A stretch of 64,000 bases of DNA from Alphaproteobacteria bacterium. Its GTDB lineage: Bacteria; Pseudomonadota; Alphaproteobacteria; RF32; CAG-239. A model generated the notes under the pieces. That model did not search any database and was not told where the DNA came from. It saw only the letters and a list, made by a program, of their open reading frames with translations. Shown here piece by piece: positions 30,546 through 39,173 of the stretch. How positions within the stretch are numbered: the stretch's first letter is position 1; every line of letters starts with the position of its first letter. Where the stretch lies: positions 51,379 through 115,378 of the forward strand of contig JAZODJ010000022.1 in NCBI GenBank assembly GCA_045597005.1, read 5' to 3'. The position numbers were made by a program, and so were the translations under genes.

Positions 30546-30961
30546 TGAAAAAGCTGTTTTCTCAAATAGCAAATTTAGACTATGGAATAACCGGATACCC
30601 TCTAAATCAAACAGATCTAACATTGTTTCAAAACGAATTATCATCAGCAGGATACCCCTCGCTTCCGGAAGAAGTTTTTCTGTTTCTGTTAACATACAAT
30701 GGCTTTTGCCGAGAATCTTGCTGTATTTGGGGAATTAATAAACAACATAATTCTTTAAACGATATATTAAGCGAAAACAACCATTCTCATAATCCGACAC
30801 CAACAGAATTGTTGCTTCTTGGTTCAACTGATTACTGTTACGTAGGCTATCATAAAACATCAAAAATTTATTCAATGATTGACAAATCAACCTTTATGGT
30901 GCTACATAACTTTAAAAATTTCGCTGATACAGTAAGATATATATTAAAAATCGATGACTAA
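30545..30961 (+). CDS. SMI1/KNR4 (SUKH)-like protein, candidate immunity protein
   Basis: 138 aa. LTLFQNELSSAGYPSLPEEVFLFLLTYNGF ... LLLLGSTDYCYVGY ... FKNFADTVRYIL follows the SUKH-1 layout. Its start overlaps the upstream stop (TAATGA). Confidence 0.45.
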   Translation: MKKLFSQIANLDYGITGYPLNQTDLTLFQNELSSAGYPSLPEEVFLFLLTYNGFCRESCCIWGINKQHNSLNDILSENNHSHNPTPTELLLLGSTDYCYVGYHKTSKIYSMIDKSTFMVLHNFKNFADTVRYILKIDD

Positions 30962-31904
30962 TATTTTTACATATTCAAACTCTACCCTTCAACAAGCTGC
31001 CCAAACAATCAAAAATGGCGGACTTGTAGCTTTTCCGACCGAAACCGTATATGGTCTCGGGGCAAATGTGTTTGATGCAAAAGCTGTAGCCGGAATTTTT
31101 GCAGCAAAAGGACGTCCTTCTTTTAACCCTCTGATTTCACATATTGCGGAAATTGAAACTTTATACGATTTAGCCGACGTTGATGAACGAGTAAAATCCC
31201 TGGCTAAACAATTTTGGCCGGGACCATTAACTTTTGTTGTCAATCGCAAAAAACAAAATAATTCTCTCGATTTGGTTTGTGCCGGTCTTCCGACTATGAC
31301 TGTCAGAATGCCCAATCATCATATCGCTCTTGAATTAATCAAAGCGTCAGGTGTTCCCATTGCCGCCCCTTCTGCTAACCGCTCGCAAAGTATTTCACCG
31401 ACTACTGCTCGTCACGTATTTGAAAGTCTGGGATCAAAAGTCAATATGATATTGGACGGCGGCCCTTGTAAAGTAGGTGTTGAATCAACTATTATCGATC
31501 TTACCACATCTGATGTAGTATTACTTCGCGCCGGCGGTCTTGCTAAAGAAAACATTGAAGCCTTTCTCGGAGAAAAAGTTTTATTATCTCACGGCAACCC
31601 CGATCTTCCTTCTTCTCCCGGACAAATGCTCAAACATTATGCCCCTCGCATTCCGACACGCATAAACATTACACCGGAAAATAAACGTGATGATGAATTT
31701 TATATTGGTTTTGGCAAAATTAACGGCAACCTAAACTTAAGCAAAGACGGCAACCTTATCGAAGCTGCCGCCAACTTGTTTGCCTATATGCACCTTGCCG
31801 AAGAACAATTTGATTATCCCGCTATAGCCATAGCCCCGATACCCGAAACTGGTTTAGGATTAGCAATCAACGATCGCATTCGCCGTGCGGCATATTCCAA
31901 ATAA
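30954..31904 (+). CDS. tsaC: L-threonylcarbamoyladenylate synthase (Sua5/YwlC/TsaC long form)
   Basis: GGLVAFPTETVYGLGANVFD, SHGKGRPSFNPLI-like region (AKGRPSFNPLISH), APSANRSQSISPTTA, and a C-terminal Sua5 domain. Confidence 0.85.
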   Translation: MTNIFTYSNSTLQQAAQTIKNGGLVAFPTETVYGLGANVFDAKAVAGIFAAKGRPSFNPLISHIAEIETLYDLADVDERVKSLAKQFWPGPLTFVVNRKKQNNSLDLVCAGLPTMTVRMPNHHIALELIKASGVPIAAPSANRSQSISPTTARHVFESLGSKVNMILDGGPCKVGVESTIIDLTTSDVVLLRAGGLAKENIEAFLGEKVLLSHGNPDLPSSPGQMLKHYAPRIPTRINITPENKRDDEFYIGFGKINGNLNLSKDGNLIEAAANLFAYMHLAEEQFDYPAIAIAPIPETGLGLAINDRIRRAAYSK

Positions 31905-32444
31905 TCAAATCCTATCAACTACAATTTTATAAGTATTTTTTGACATCTGATATTCGGCTAATTGCAACAATGCAAACAAAATTGCATACAACCCGAGTAT
32001 TGTTGATATCGTAAACGCCCCAACCATCGGATATGCCAAAATTATAAAACCGAATATAGCTCCTGTGATTCCCATCAAAATAGACCATCCCCAGGGCAAT
32101 CCGTATTTCTTCAGCTCTAAAGCTCCTATTATCTGAATAACCCCGACAGTCAAACTCCACAATGCCAAAATTATCGGAAGGCTTACTGCCGTTACCCCCA
32201 AATTGGACATCAGAATAAATCCGACCACCAAATCAAGTACTCCTACCAATAAATACCAACCCGATTTTATATATATTGATGACATCACATAAAACGCACC
32301 CACTAAAATAAATGCGATTCCGATATAAAAAGCTAAAGCAAGCATTGTACCAAAAGGATTAAACAAAACCATAACCCCCAATAACATCATTGCAATACCT
32401 GCTATCAAATTCCAATAATTTCCCTTAAATTTGGTAATTGTCAT
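31905..32444 (-). CDS. HdeD/DUF308-family membrane protein
   Basis: 179 aa with six short TM helices. N-terminal NYWNLIAGIAMMLLGVMVLFNP is typical of DUF308 repeats. Confidence 0.55.
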   Translation of the reverse strand: MTITKFKGNYWNLIAGIAMMLLGVMVLFNPFGTMLALAFYIGIAFILVGAFYVMSSIYIKSGWYLLVGVLDLVVGFILMSNLGVTAVSLPIILALWSLTVGVIQIIGALELKKYGLPWGWSILMGITGAIFGFIILAYPMVGAFTISTILGLYAILFALLQLAEYQMSKNTYKIVVDRI

Positions 32445-32504
32445 TCCTATATCTCCTGCAAAAATTATCCATACTTATTGATATAGGAACTAAAATTATT
32501 GATT

Positions 32505-33698
32505 TCAAATATTCATTTTAAATTTATACATATTACGCTTCCATCTTTCATCAATTTGGAATACTATTGCTCCCCACAAAGCAGATAGAACCGAACCACA
32601 TAAAATTCCTAAACGTATCTCAACTTGCATAGCTTCCGGAAGAGACAGCTTTCCGACAAACAACGCCATTGTAAATCCAATACCGGCAATACAAGCCACA
32701 CCATACAAATCCGGCAATTTTACCTCTTTCGGAAATACAGCTATTTTTTCTTTTACCAACAACCAAGTTGTAAAGAAAATACCAATTTGTTTACCAAAAA
32801 ACAAACCGCAAATAATACCTAATGTTAAAGTATGACTAAATGTTTCCCACGTAACATCTCCTAAATAAAGTCCGGCAGACGCAAAAGCAAAAACAGGTAA
32901 AATCAACAAATCAACCCAAGGTTTTAAAGCATGGCTTAATCTTTCAAGCGGCGAATACGTTTTTGCTCTGACACGCATAGGATACGCCATAGCAACAACA
33001 ACTCCGGCGATTGTTGTATGGATTCCGCCATTCAAAAAACAATACCACAAAACAACTCCCAAAATTAAATAAGGACTAAAACTCGTTACCTGCATTCTAT
33101 TAAGCATATACAAAGCCAAACAAGCCAACCCCGCATACCCTAACAAATCTAAAGAAACACCTTGATTATAAAATAATGCAATAATCAAAATTGCTCCCAA
33201 ATCATCAAAAATAGCAATCGCCAACAAAAAAATCTTAGCAGCTTGAGGAACGGTCTTTCCAACCAACATTAATATACAAATCGCAAAAGCAATATCCGTA
33301 GCTGTAGGAATAGCCCATCCGTTCATATATTGTGGCGAATTATTGTTTATTATCGCATAAATAATTGCCGGACAAATTATACCACCGACAGCGGCTAAAG
33401 CAGGAACCAAAATCTGTTTTGGATCTGATAAAAATCCTTCCTTCATTTCTCTTTTTAATTCCAAACCAATCTGTAAAAAGAAAAAAACCATTAAAACATC
33501 ATTAACCCACCACTCAAGTGATTGGGAAAATTTTAATGCACCAACTCCGACAAATAATTTAGTTTCCCAAAAATGAACTATTGGTTCGCGAAGTTCGCTG
33601 TTTGCACACAAAATAGATGCTACCATGGCCATAATCATCAAAATTCCGCTAGCCATATCATTTGAAAACAAATCTTCCAACCACTCTTTTATCTTCAT
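32505..33698 (-). CDS. nhaA: Na+/H+ antiporter NhaA
   Basis: WAIPTATDIAFA and FLLAIAIFDDLGAILIIALFY (the conserved DD pair), with 12-TM architecture. Confidence 0.9.
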   Translation of the reverse strand: MKIKEWLEDLFSNDMASGILMIMAMVASILCANSELREPIVHFWETKLFVGVGALKFSQSLEWWVNDVLMVFFFLQIGLELKREMKEGFLSDPKQILVPALAAVGGIICPAIIYAIINNNSPQYMNGWAIPTATDIAFAICILMLVGKTVPQAAKIFLLAIAIFDDLGAILIIALFYNQGVSLDLLGYAGLACLALYMLNRMQVTSFSPYLILGVVLWYCFLNGGIHTTIAGVVVAMAYPMRVRAKTYSPLERLSHALKPWVDLLILPVFAFASAGLYLGDVTWETFSHTLTLGIICGLFFGKQIGIFFTTWLLVKEKIAVFPKEVKLPDLYGVACIAGIGFTMALFVGKLSLPEAMQVEIRLGILCGSVLSALWGAIVFQIDERWKRNMYKFKMNI

Positions 33699-33815
33699 AA
33701 TCTCAATCCAAATTAACCAAATTAAAATACTAACACATACTACAAGACTAACTATTAATATTTAATAAAAAATAGCCGCCTTTTAAAGACGGCTATTAAC
33801 ATTATTCCGGAGGCG

Positions 33816-34142
33816 TTAATCAATATAAATAATATCATCCGAAGCATTACCGACACATTCTTGTCGAATTTTTCCTGTTTTTCGAGAAACAACTGTATAA
33901 CATTTTCCTTCAGGTTCAGCGATATAGACCCTCGGCTTACTGTTTTTTCTTCGAGTATTTCTTGCATCTATCAACTCATCTGCTATCAAAATACCTACTG
34001 TTGTTCCGACAATACCGGCTACGACATCCGAAGCATAATAATTTCTATGATGTTTATGATAACGGTGATGATTAAATCTCTTTGCCATTACAGGATTCGA
34101 TACCAACATACACATCACAAAAAATACTATAAATTTTTTCAT
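33816..34142 (-). CDS. Small secreted/membrane-anchored hypothetical protein
   Basis: Start at ATG 34140-34142 behind ggagg. Signal peptide MKKFIVFFVMCMLVSNPVMA, a His-rich stretch, and one glycine-zipper-like helix. Last gene of the ECF-sigma cluster. Confidence 0.4.
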   Translation of the reverse strand: MKKFIVFFVMCMLVSNPVMAKRFNHHRYHKHHRNYYASDVVAGIVGTTVGILIADELIDARNTRRKNSKPRVYIAEPEGKCYTVVSRKTGKIRQECVGNASDDIIYID

Positions 34143-34169
34143 TTCAACCTCCATTTCAAAATGGCTAAA

Positions 34170-34598
34170 TTATTTTTTATCCGGATGCTTACCCCTATTC
34201 ATAGGTCTTCTAGGTCCTTTTCTCTCTTCTTGAAATTTTTTAAATTCTACTTTTTGCTCATCTGTCAAAATTTTCTCAAACTCTTGCATATTTTGACTAC
34301 GAATTTCTTTCATTTTTTCGCTTATTTTTTTACTTTCCTCAATCAATGGTTTCATTTTTTCACGACCGGCTTCCCTTATTTCTTCAGATTGCTTTTTTTG
34401 TTCATCTGTAAGTTTTAAACGTTCCGCCAACCTATCTTCCATATTTTTTCTATGCGGCCTCTTCATATTTACATCTGCCTTCATCATTTCTGCTTTTGGC
34501 ATATCCGCTGAAACATCCTTTACATCATCAGCTCTAACATTTACTGCTCCCAAACCTAAAACAGTCAAACAAACAGCAGTCATCAATACTTTTTTCAT
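34170..34598 (-). CDS. Periplasmic Spy/CpxP/ZraP-like LTxxQ-motif protein
   Basis: Signal peptide plus two LTxxQ motifs (LKLTDEQKKQ, ILTDEQKVEF). Start overlaps the sigma-factor stop. Confidence 0.5.
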   Translation of the reverse strand: MKKVLMTAVCLTVLGLGAVNVRADDVKDVSADMPKAEMMKADVNMKRPHRKNMEDRLAERLKLTDEQKKQSEEIREAGREKMKPLIEESKKISEKMKEIRSQNMQEFEKILTDEQKVEFKKFQEERKGPRRPMNRGKHPDKK

Positions 34599-35095
34599 TA
34601 TTTATCTCCTTTTAAAAATTTAAGTTTATCAGCCAAAATATGTCTGGCTTTATATAATCGCGATTTTATTGTCCCCTCTGGTTCACCGAGCTTCTTGGCA
34701 ATCTCGGCCACACTAAAATCTTCAAATTCAAACAAAATAATAACTTTACGCATCTTTCTTGGCAAATCATTAACCGCATCCAAAATGATTTTTTGTCTTT
34801 TTTTTGCATCCACTATTTTTTCTTGAGATGCTGCAATTCCTCTATTTTGCAACACATCATCAGACGAAATTTCAGTTGATTGCTGTTTATACACAGAAGA
34901 TTTAAAATAATCTCTGCAAACATTCGCTGTAACAGTTGCTATCCATGATTTAAACTTTCCATTCTCTGTATAATTAGGTAAATTACGCCAAGTTTTTATA
35001 TATACTTCTTGTTCAATATCTTCATCGTAAAAACCGATAATTTTCCTAATTATTGATTTTATTAAAGCTTTATTTTCTGCTATTAATTGTTTCAT
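34598..35095 (-). CDS. ECF (sigma-70 family, group IV) RNA polymerase sigma factor
   Basis: 165 aa. Region 2 (DIEQEVYIKTWRNLPNY...FKSWIATVTANVCRDYF) and region 4 HTH (FEDFSVAEIAKKLGEPEGTIKSRLYKARHIL). Confidence 0.8.
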   Translation of the reverse strand: MKQLIAENKALIKSIIRKIIGFYDEDIEQEVYIKTWRNLPNYTENGKFKSWIATVTANVCRDYFKSSVYKQQSTEISSDDVLQNRGIAASQEKIVDAKKRQKIILDAVNDLPRKMRKVIILFEFEDFSVAEIAKKLGEPEGTIKSRLYKARHILADKLKFLKGDK

Positions 35096-35344
35096 CTATC
35101 CCACCCAAAGCAAACCATAATCATCAAGCGGTAAACCCGAATATTCAACATCCGTCAATAAAGCTTCATTTTCACCCAAATCCCACCAACTCAAATCATC
35201 AACAACATGTTCTTGCGATGTAAAGTTCCACACAAAAGCTACACAAGCTAATGTTGCCAAACCGATTTTAATTTGTTGCTTACGTTTTTTTCGGGCATGA
35301 TATAAAGGCTTTGCCTCTCTTATTAAATCTGAAATATCTTGCAT
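35096..35344 (-). CDS. Small single-pass membrane protein upstream of ECF sigma (possible regulator)
   Basis: Start at ATG 35342-35344 behind ggagg (MQDISDLIREAKPLY...), one TM (IGLATLACVAFVW). Its stop abuts the sigma-factor start. Confidence 0.35.
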   Translation of the reverse strand: MQDISDLIREAKPLYHARKKRKQQIKIGLATLACVAFVWNFTSQEHVVDDLSWWDLGENEALLTDVEYSGLPLDDYGLLWVG

Positions 35345-35471
35345 TATTTTTCCTCCATACCATTTAAAACGATAGTATAATAAAAAAGGTTCATTTTTAA
35401 TTAAAAATTTTTCAAAATAAGATTGCATTTAAAAAATTTTTGATATATACAAACCAAGCATAAAATACTTT

Positions 35472-35545
35472 TGCCTCATCGTCTAATGGTAGGACAGCGG
35501 ACTCTGACTCCGTTAATCGTGGTTCGAATCCATGTGAGGCAGCCA
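35472..35545 (+). tRNA. tRNA-Gln (anticodon CUG)
   Basis: tgcctca tc gtct aatggta ggac a gcgga ctctgac tccgt taat cgtgg ttcgaat ccatg tgaggca g cca. Followed by the hairpin acgccc..gggtgt and a T-run. Confidence 0.9.
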
Positions 35546-35691
35546 ATAAAAAACGCCCTTATTTATGGGTGTTTTTTTGTTGCCCTGACCACACGATAAG
35601 AACCGCGAAGTGGTTCGGATTCGAGCAAACGATTTATCTGTTTGCGAGAACGTATTAACCCGTTAGGGTGCGCAATGTGAAACGCGCGCAC

Positions 35692-35710
35692 AATCCATGT
35701 GAGCCAGCCA
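35692..35710 (+). repeat. Direct repeat of the tRNA-Gln 3' end (att-like)
   Basis: aatccatgtgagccagcca matches tRNA positions 35527-35545 (aatccatgtgaggcagcca) at 18/19. The ~146 bp between the copies looks GC-richer than its surroundings. Confidence 0.5.
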
Positions 35711-35725
35711 ACATCAAAAAAGTCG

Positions 35726-36316
35726 TCATTTTGACGACTTTCCATTATCCTTGTTTTTCCGTAAGCGTTGTTGTTTTTCTTTCATTTTTAATGCTCTTTT
35801 CTCAGCTTTTATCTTGGCCTTTTCCGTAAAACGAGATTCTGAAACTCTTTGTTCTTTTTTTATTCCGTCTACCTTTTTCTTTTCTGCTCTTTCTTGAGCT
35901 TCTTTCTGAAATCTGGAAGCTCTATCCTTTTTTCGTTTCATTATCTCTTCATATTTTTTCTCTCTTTTTTCTGTATTTTCAATTGCCTTTCTCTTAAAAC
36001 GATTCGTTTCATTTAATCTTTCTTCCGCTATTTCAGCTTTTCTTTCTGCTTCTCGCTCTTCTTTTCTGCTACGCCAAACAGGCTCTTCCGCTTCAGGAGT
36101 TTTATCTTGTAATATTTCTTCTTTTTTTTCATCATTTTCTACACTGACATTTTCATCTTCCATAACCTCTTTTTGTTCTTTTTTCCGTTTTTCCTTTGCT
36201 ATATCTGATGCACTGACATAATTACCTTCGGGTAAAGCTTCTTTCATAAATTGAGCATATCCTACTTTACAAAACATTCCACCGATCAAGCACAAAACAA
36301 TCAAAAATTTTTTCAT
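35726..36316 (-). CDS. Secreted Lys/Glu-rich coiled-coil protein (hypothetical)
   Basis: Start at ATG 36314-36316 behind aggagg. Signal peptide MKKFLIVLCLIGGMFCKVGYA, followed by highly charged KE/R-rich sequence. The stop lies inside a terminator hairpin (gtcgtca tttt gacgac). Confidence 0.45.
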   Translation of the reverse strand: MKKFLIVLCLIGGMFCKVGYAQFMKEALPEGNYVSASDIAKEKRKKEQKEVMEDENVSVENDEKKEEILQDKTPEAEEPVWRSRKEEREAERKAEIAEERLNETNRFKRKAIENTEKREKKYEEIMKRKKDRASRFQKEAQERAEKKKVDGIKKEQRVSESRFTEKAKIKAEKRALKMKEKQQRLRKNKDNGKSSK

Positions 36317-36411
36317 AACACCTCCTAAAAATATCCCACAAATAAAAATACACATAAATATTTGACTATTCAAGACATTGAATGTTATAAGTGCAAAAAA
36401 GGAGTTTTTAT

Positions 36412-36828
36412 ATGAAAAAAATCATTGTAGCTGCTGCAGCTTTAATCCAAAACGACAAAATCTTTATCGCTCAACGTCCTGCTGACAAACTTCCTCCTTT
36501 GGTATGGGAATTTCCCGGTGGCAAGCCGGAAACTGGTGAAACACTACAAGAAGCGCTTCACCGTGAACTCATGGAAGAATTGCATATAGATACAAACATT
36601 GGCAATTTCATAATTCAAACAAAACATCTTTATGATTTTGCTGAAGTTGAAATAAATCTCTTCTGGGCTACAATGAAAAATCCTAATACTACCATTGTCG
36701 ACAACGAACACCCGAACACCGCTTGGGTTACACTTAATGAGCTGGATAATTACAAATTTGCCGATGCCGACATTCCTCTTGTAAACCATTTAAAACAAAT
36801 AGGTATTAAAGTATCTGCTTGCTTGTAA
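36412..36828 (+). CDS. mutT: NUDIX hydrolase, MutT-like (8-oxo-dGTP/CTP pyrophosphohydrolase)
   Basis: Nudix box WEFPGGKPETGETLQEALHRELMEELHI. aaggag SD before ATG 36412; the track starts at GTG 36391. Confidence 0.8.
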   Translation: MKKIIVAAAALIQNDKIFIAQRPADKLPPLVWEFPGGKPETGETLQEALHRELMEELHIDTNIGNFIIQTKHLYDFAEVEINLFWATMKNPNTTIVDNEHPNTAWVTLNELDNYKFADADIPLVNHLKQIGIKVSACL

Positions 36829-36912
36829 AACATATATATCAACACACGAAACAACAACGGAAAAAATCCGCTCAAACACACATAAAAACAATGAAATAGA
36901 AAACAAGAAAAA

Positions 36913-36990
36913 CTGGGGCGGATGATCGGATTCGAACCGACGACATCTGGTACCACAAACCAGCGCTCTAACCAACTGAGCTACATCCGC
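36913..36990 (-). tRNA. tRNA-His (anticodon GUG)
   Basis: The reverse complement reads g gcggatg ta gctc agttggtta gagc g ctggt ttgtggt accag atgtc gtcgg ttcgaat ccgat catccgc c cca. It has the His-specific extra G-1 opposite C73. Confidence 0.9.
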
Positions 36991-37133
36991 CATCAGATAC
37001 CTTGTAGGTTTTACTCATAATATTAATTAAAGTCAAGCTAATTTTAATAAAAAAAATTTCATTAATAATTTATTTTCTTTTTATAGATATACTGAACCAA
37101 GTAACACGGTTTTCTGTTTTCGATGAGGATACA

Positions 37134-38300
37134 ATGAAGCTTGGTTTTAGAACCAAAAACATTTTTTTAATTGTGGCAATACTCTTAAAATGTATTACGC
37201 CTGTTTATGCCGCCCCAAAAACTACATCATCAATAGTTATTGATGCTCTATCTGGAGAAGTAATATCTTCATCAAATGCTGACGAACGACGTTATCCCGC
37301 ATCTTTAACCAAATTAATGACGCTTTACATAACATTTGATGCTCTGGATAAAGGAAAAATAACTTTTGACACCCCCCTAAAAGTATCACGTTATGCTGCC
37401 AATCGAGCTCCATCTCGCATAGGTGCAAAACCTGGAGAAACCATATCTGTTAGAGACGTTGTCTTAGCATTGATTGTAAAGTCTGCTAATGATTGTGCTG
37501 CTATAATAGCCGAAGCACTTGGAGGAAGTGAAGAAAATTTCGCCAAAATAATGACGCAGACAGCAAAAGAATTGGGAATGAAAAATACTACATTTAAAAA
37601 TGCTTCAGGTTTACCGCACAAAGACCAAAAAACAACGGCTCGTGACATGGCCATTTTAGGAAGTGCCGTATATCACCACTTTCCTGAATATTACGACTTG
37701 TTTTCAACAACAAAATTCAAATACAAAGACAGAACATATTATACTCACAATCATCTTTTGAAAAATTTCAAAGGAACAGATGGTATGAAAACAGGATACA
37801 CCGCCGCAGCTGGATACAATATCGTAACATCTGCCCAACAAAACGGACGCCGCGTTATTGCTGTAACTATGGGACACAACAGTATAAAAAATCGTGACTA
37901 CAAAATAGCCACACTAATGAAAAGCGGACTAAAAAAACTCAATCAAGTAGCCCCCTCATCATCTCATATGATTGCTAAACTTGATATCCCCTCCCTCAAC
38001 AATGTTTCTCAACAATCTGATAATAACTGGGGAATACAAATAGGAGCATTTTCAAACTATATCAAAGCAAGAAACTACGCACTTGAAATTCAAAATCGTA
38101 TACACTTACCTTATGCCGCAAAAACAGAAATAAATATCGAACCGGCAACTAACGGGGCCGCGATAGTATATCGCTCACAATTAACCGGATTAGCAAAAAA
38201 TGAAGCGGATAAAACTTGTTATCGTTTGAAAAAAGCAAACAAGTCTTGTATAGTCATCGCAACTGAAGATCAACAACAATTCGTAATGGCAGATAAATGA
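37134..38300 (+). CDS. D-alanyl-D-alanine carboxypeptidase (S11, PBP5/6-like) with C-terminal SPOR domain
   Basis: Signal peptide, active-site PASLTKLMT (SxxK), SANDCA (SxN) and KTGYT (KTG). The C-terminal NWGIQIGAFSNYIKARNYALEI...YRSQLTGL resembles a SPOR domain. Confidence 0.8.
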   Translation: MKLGFRTKNIFLIVAILLKCITPVYAAPKTTSSIVIDALSGEVISSSNADERRYPASLTKLMTLYITFDALDKGKITFDTPLKVSRYAANRAPSRIGAKPGETISVRDVVLALIVKSANDCAAIIAEALGGSEENFAKIMTQTAKELGMKNTTFKNASGLPHKDQKTTARDMAILGSAVYHHFPEYYDLFSTTKFKYKDRTYYTHNHLLKNFKGTDGMKTGYTAAAGYNIVTSAQQNGRRVIAVTMGHNSIKNRDYKIATLMKSGLKKLNQVAPSSSHMIAKLDIPSLNNVSQQSDNNWGIQIGAFSNYIKARNYALEIQNRIHLPYAAKTEINIEPATNGAAIVYRSQLTGLAKNEADKTCYRLKKANKSCIVIATEDQQQFVMADK

Positions 38301-39088
38301 GTGAAATTTCTACAAAAGCCCATATTGTGGTAATAGGTAACGAAAAAGGCGGAACCGGCAAGTCAACAATCGCTATGCATTTGGCTGTAAAATTGATGAC
38401 CGAAAACTTTAAAGTCGCTGTAATAGATTTAGACGGCAGACAAGGATCATTATCAAAATATATCAGTAACAGACGCAATTTTTGTACTAAAAACAATCTT
38501 CACCTTCCAATTCCTGTTCACTATATATATGAACCGATAAAAGACGAAACCAACACCACCGAAATTGAAACTCTTATAAAGGATTTATCTCTGCGTTTCG
38601 ATGCTATAATTATTGATACCCCCGGTTCAAAAAATTATCTTTTCGAATTAGCTCATAAATTTCCTCACACCCTTGTAACTCCTATATCAGACAGCCTTGT
38701 TGATTTGTCTGCCATTGCGGATATTAATCCCGATAACGGAGAAATAATTCAATCAGGACATTATGCCGAATTTGTGTGGGAAACCAAGAAAAGATTAGCG
38801 GCTCAAAATCTTCCTTATTTAAACTGGGTAATTTGCGGTAATAAAATATCATACACTCGATCTAAAAATAAAAATGTTGTATTTGCTAAGCTCGAAAATC
38901 TATCAAAGCTGTATGGATTTCGCTTCGCTCACGGCTTAAAAGATCGTGTTATATACAAAGAACTGTTTTTGGATGGATTGACCGTTTTAGATTTAGCTTT
39001 ACCTGAATTACACCGCAGAATGACAATGTCTCATATAGCAGCCAAAATGGAAATAAACGAACTGGCAGAATTTATTTTTCAGCAATAG
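38297..39088 (+). CDS. mipZ: ParA-family ATPase MipZ (division-plane positioning)
   Basis: HIVVIGNEKGGTGKSTIAMHLAVKLM...KVAVIDLDGRQGSLSKYISNRR is collinear with Caulobacter MipZ (VIVVGNEKGGAGKSTIAVHL...VAVIDLDLRQRT...ENRR). 4-nt overlap with the upstream gene. Confidence 0.75.
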   Translation: MSEISTKAHIVVIGNEKGGTGKSTIAMHLAVKLMTENFKVAVIDLDGRQGSLSKYISNRRNFCTKNNLHLPIPVHYIYEPIKDETNTTEIETLIKDLSLRFDAIIIDTPGSKNYLFELAHKFPHTLVTPISDSLVDLSAIADINPDNGEIIQSGHYAEFVWETKKRLAAQNLPYLNWVICGNKISYTRSKNKNVVFAKLENLSKLYGFRFAHGLKDRVIYKELFLDGLTVLDLALPELHRRMTMSHIAAKMEINELAEFIFQQ

Positions 39089-39173
39089 AGTGATGATAAC
39101 TTTGTTATAACGCTTGTATTTAGAGCCACAAATGATAAATTATCTTATATTAAATATCATTTGAGGAGATGCT

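Noticed and set aside
35546-35710. Second tRNA, tRNA pseudogene, or two-piece tmRNA acceptor piece downstream of tRNA-Gln
   Set aside because: Only the last 19 nt resemble the tRNA. There is no TTCGAAT-type T-loop and no complementary 5' acceptor strand or D/anticodon arms. It is reported only as an att-like repeat.
35563-35745. 60-aa ORF on the minus strand between tRNA-Gln and the K/E-rich protein gene
   Set aside because: It overlaps the terminator hairpins and the 3' end of the neighbouring gene. It has no SD and its composition is unlike coding regions here.
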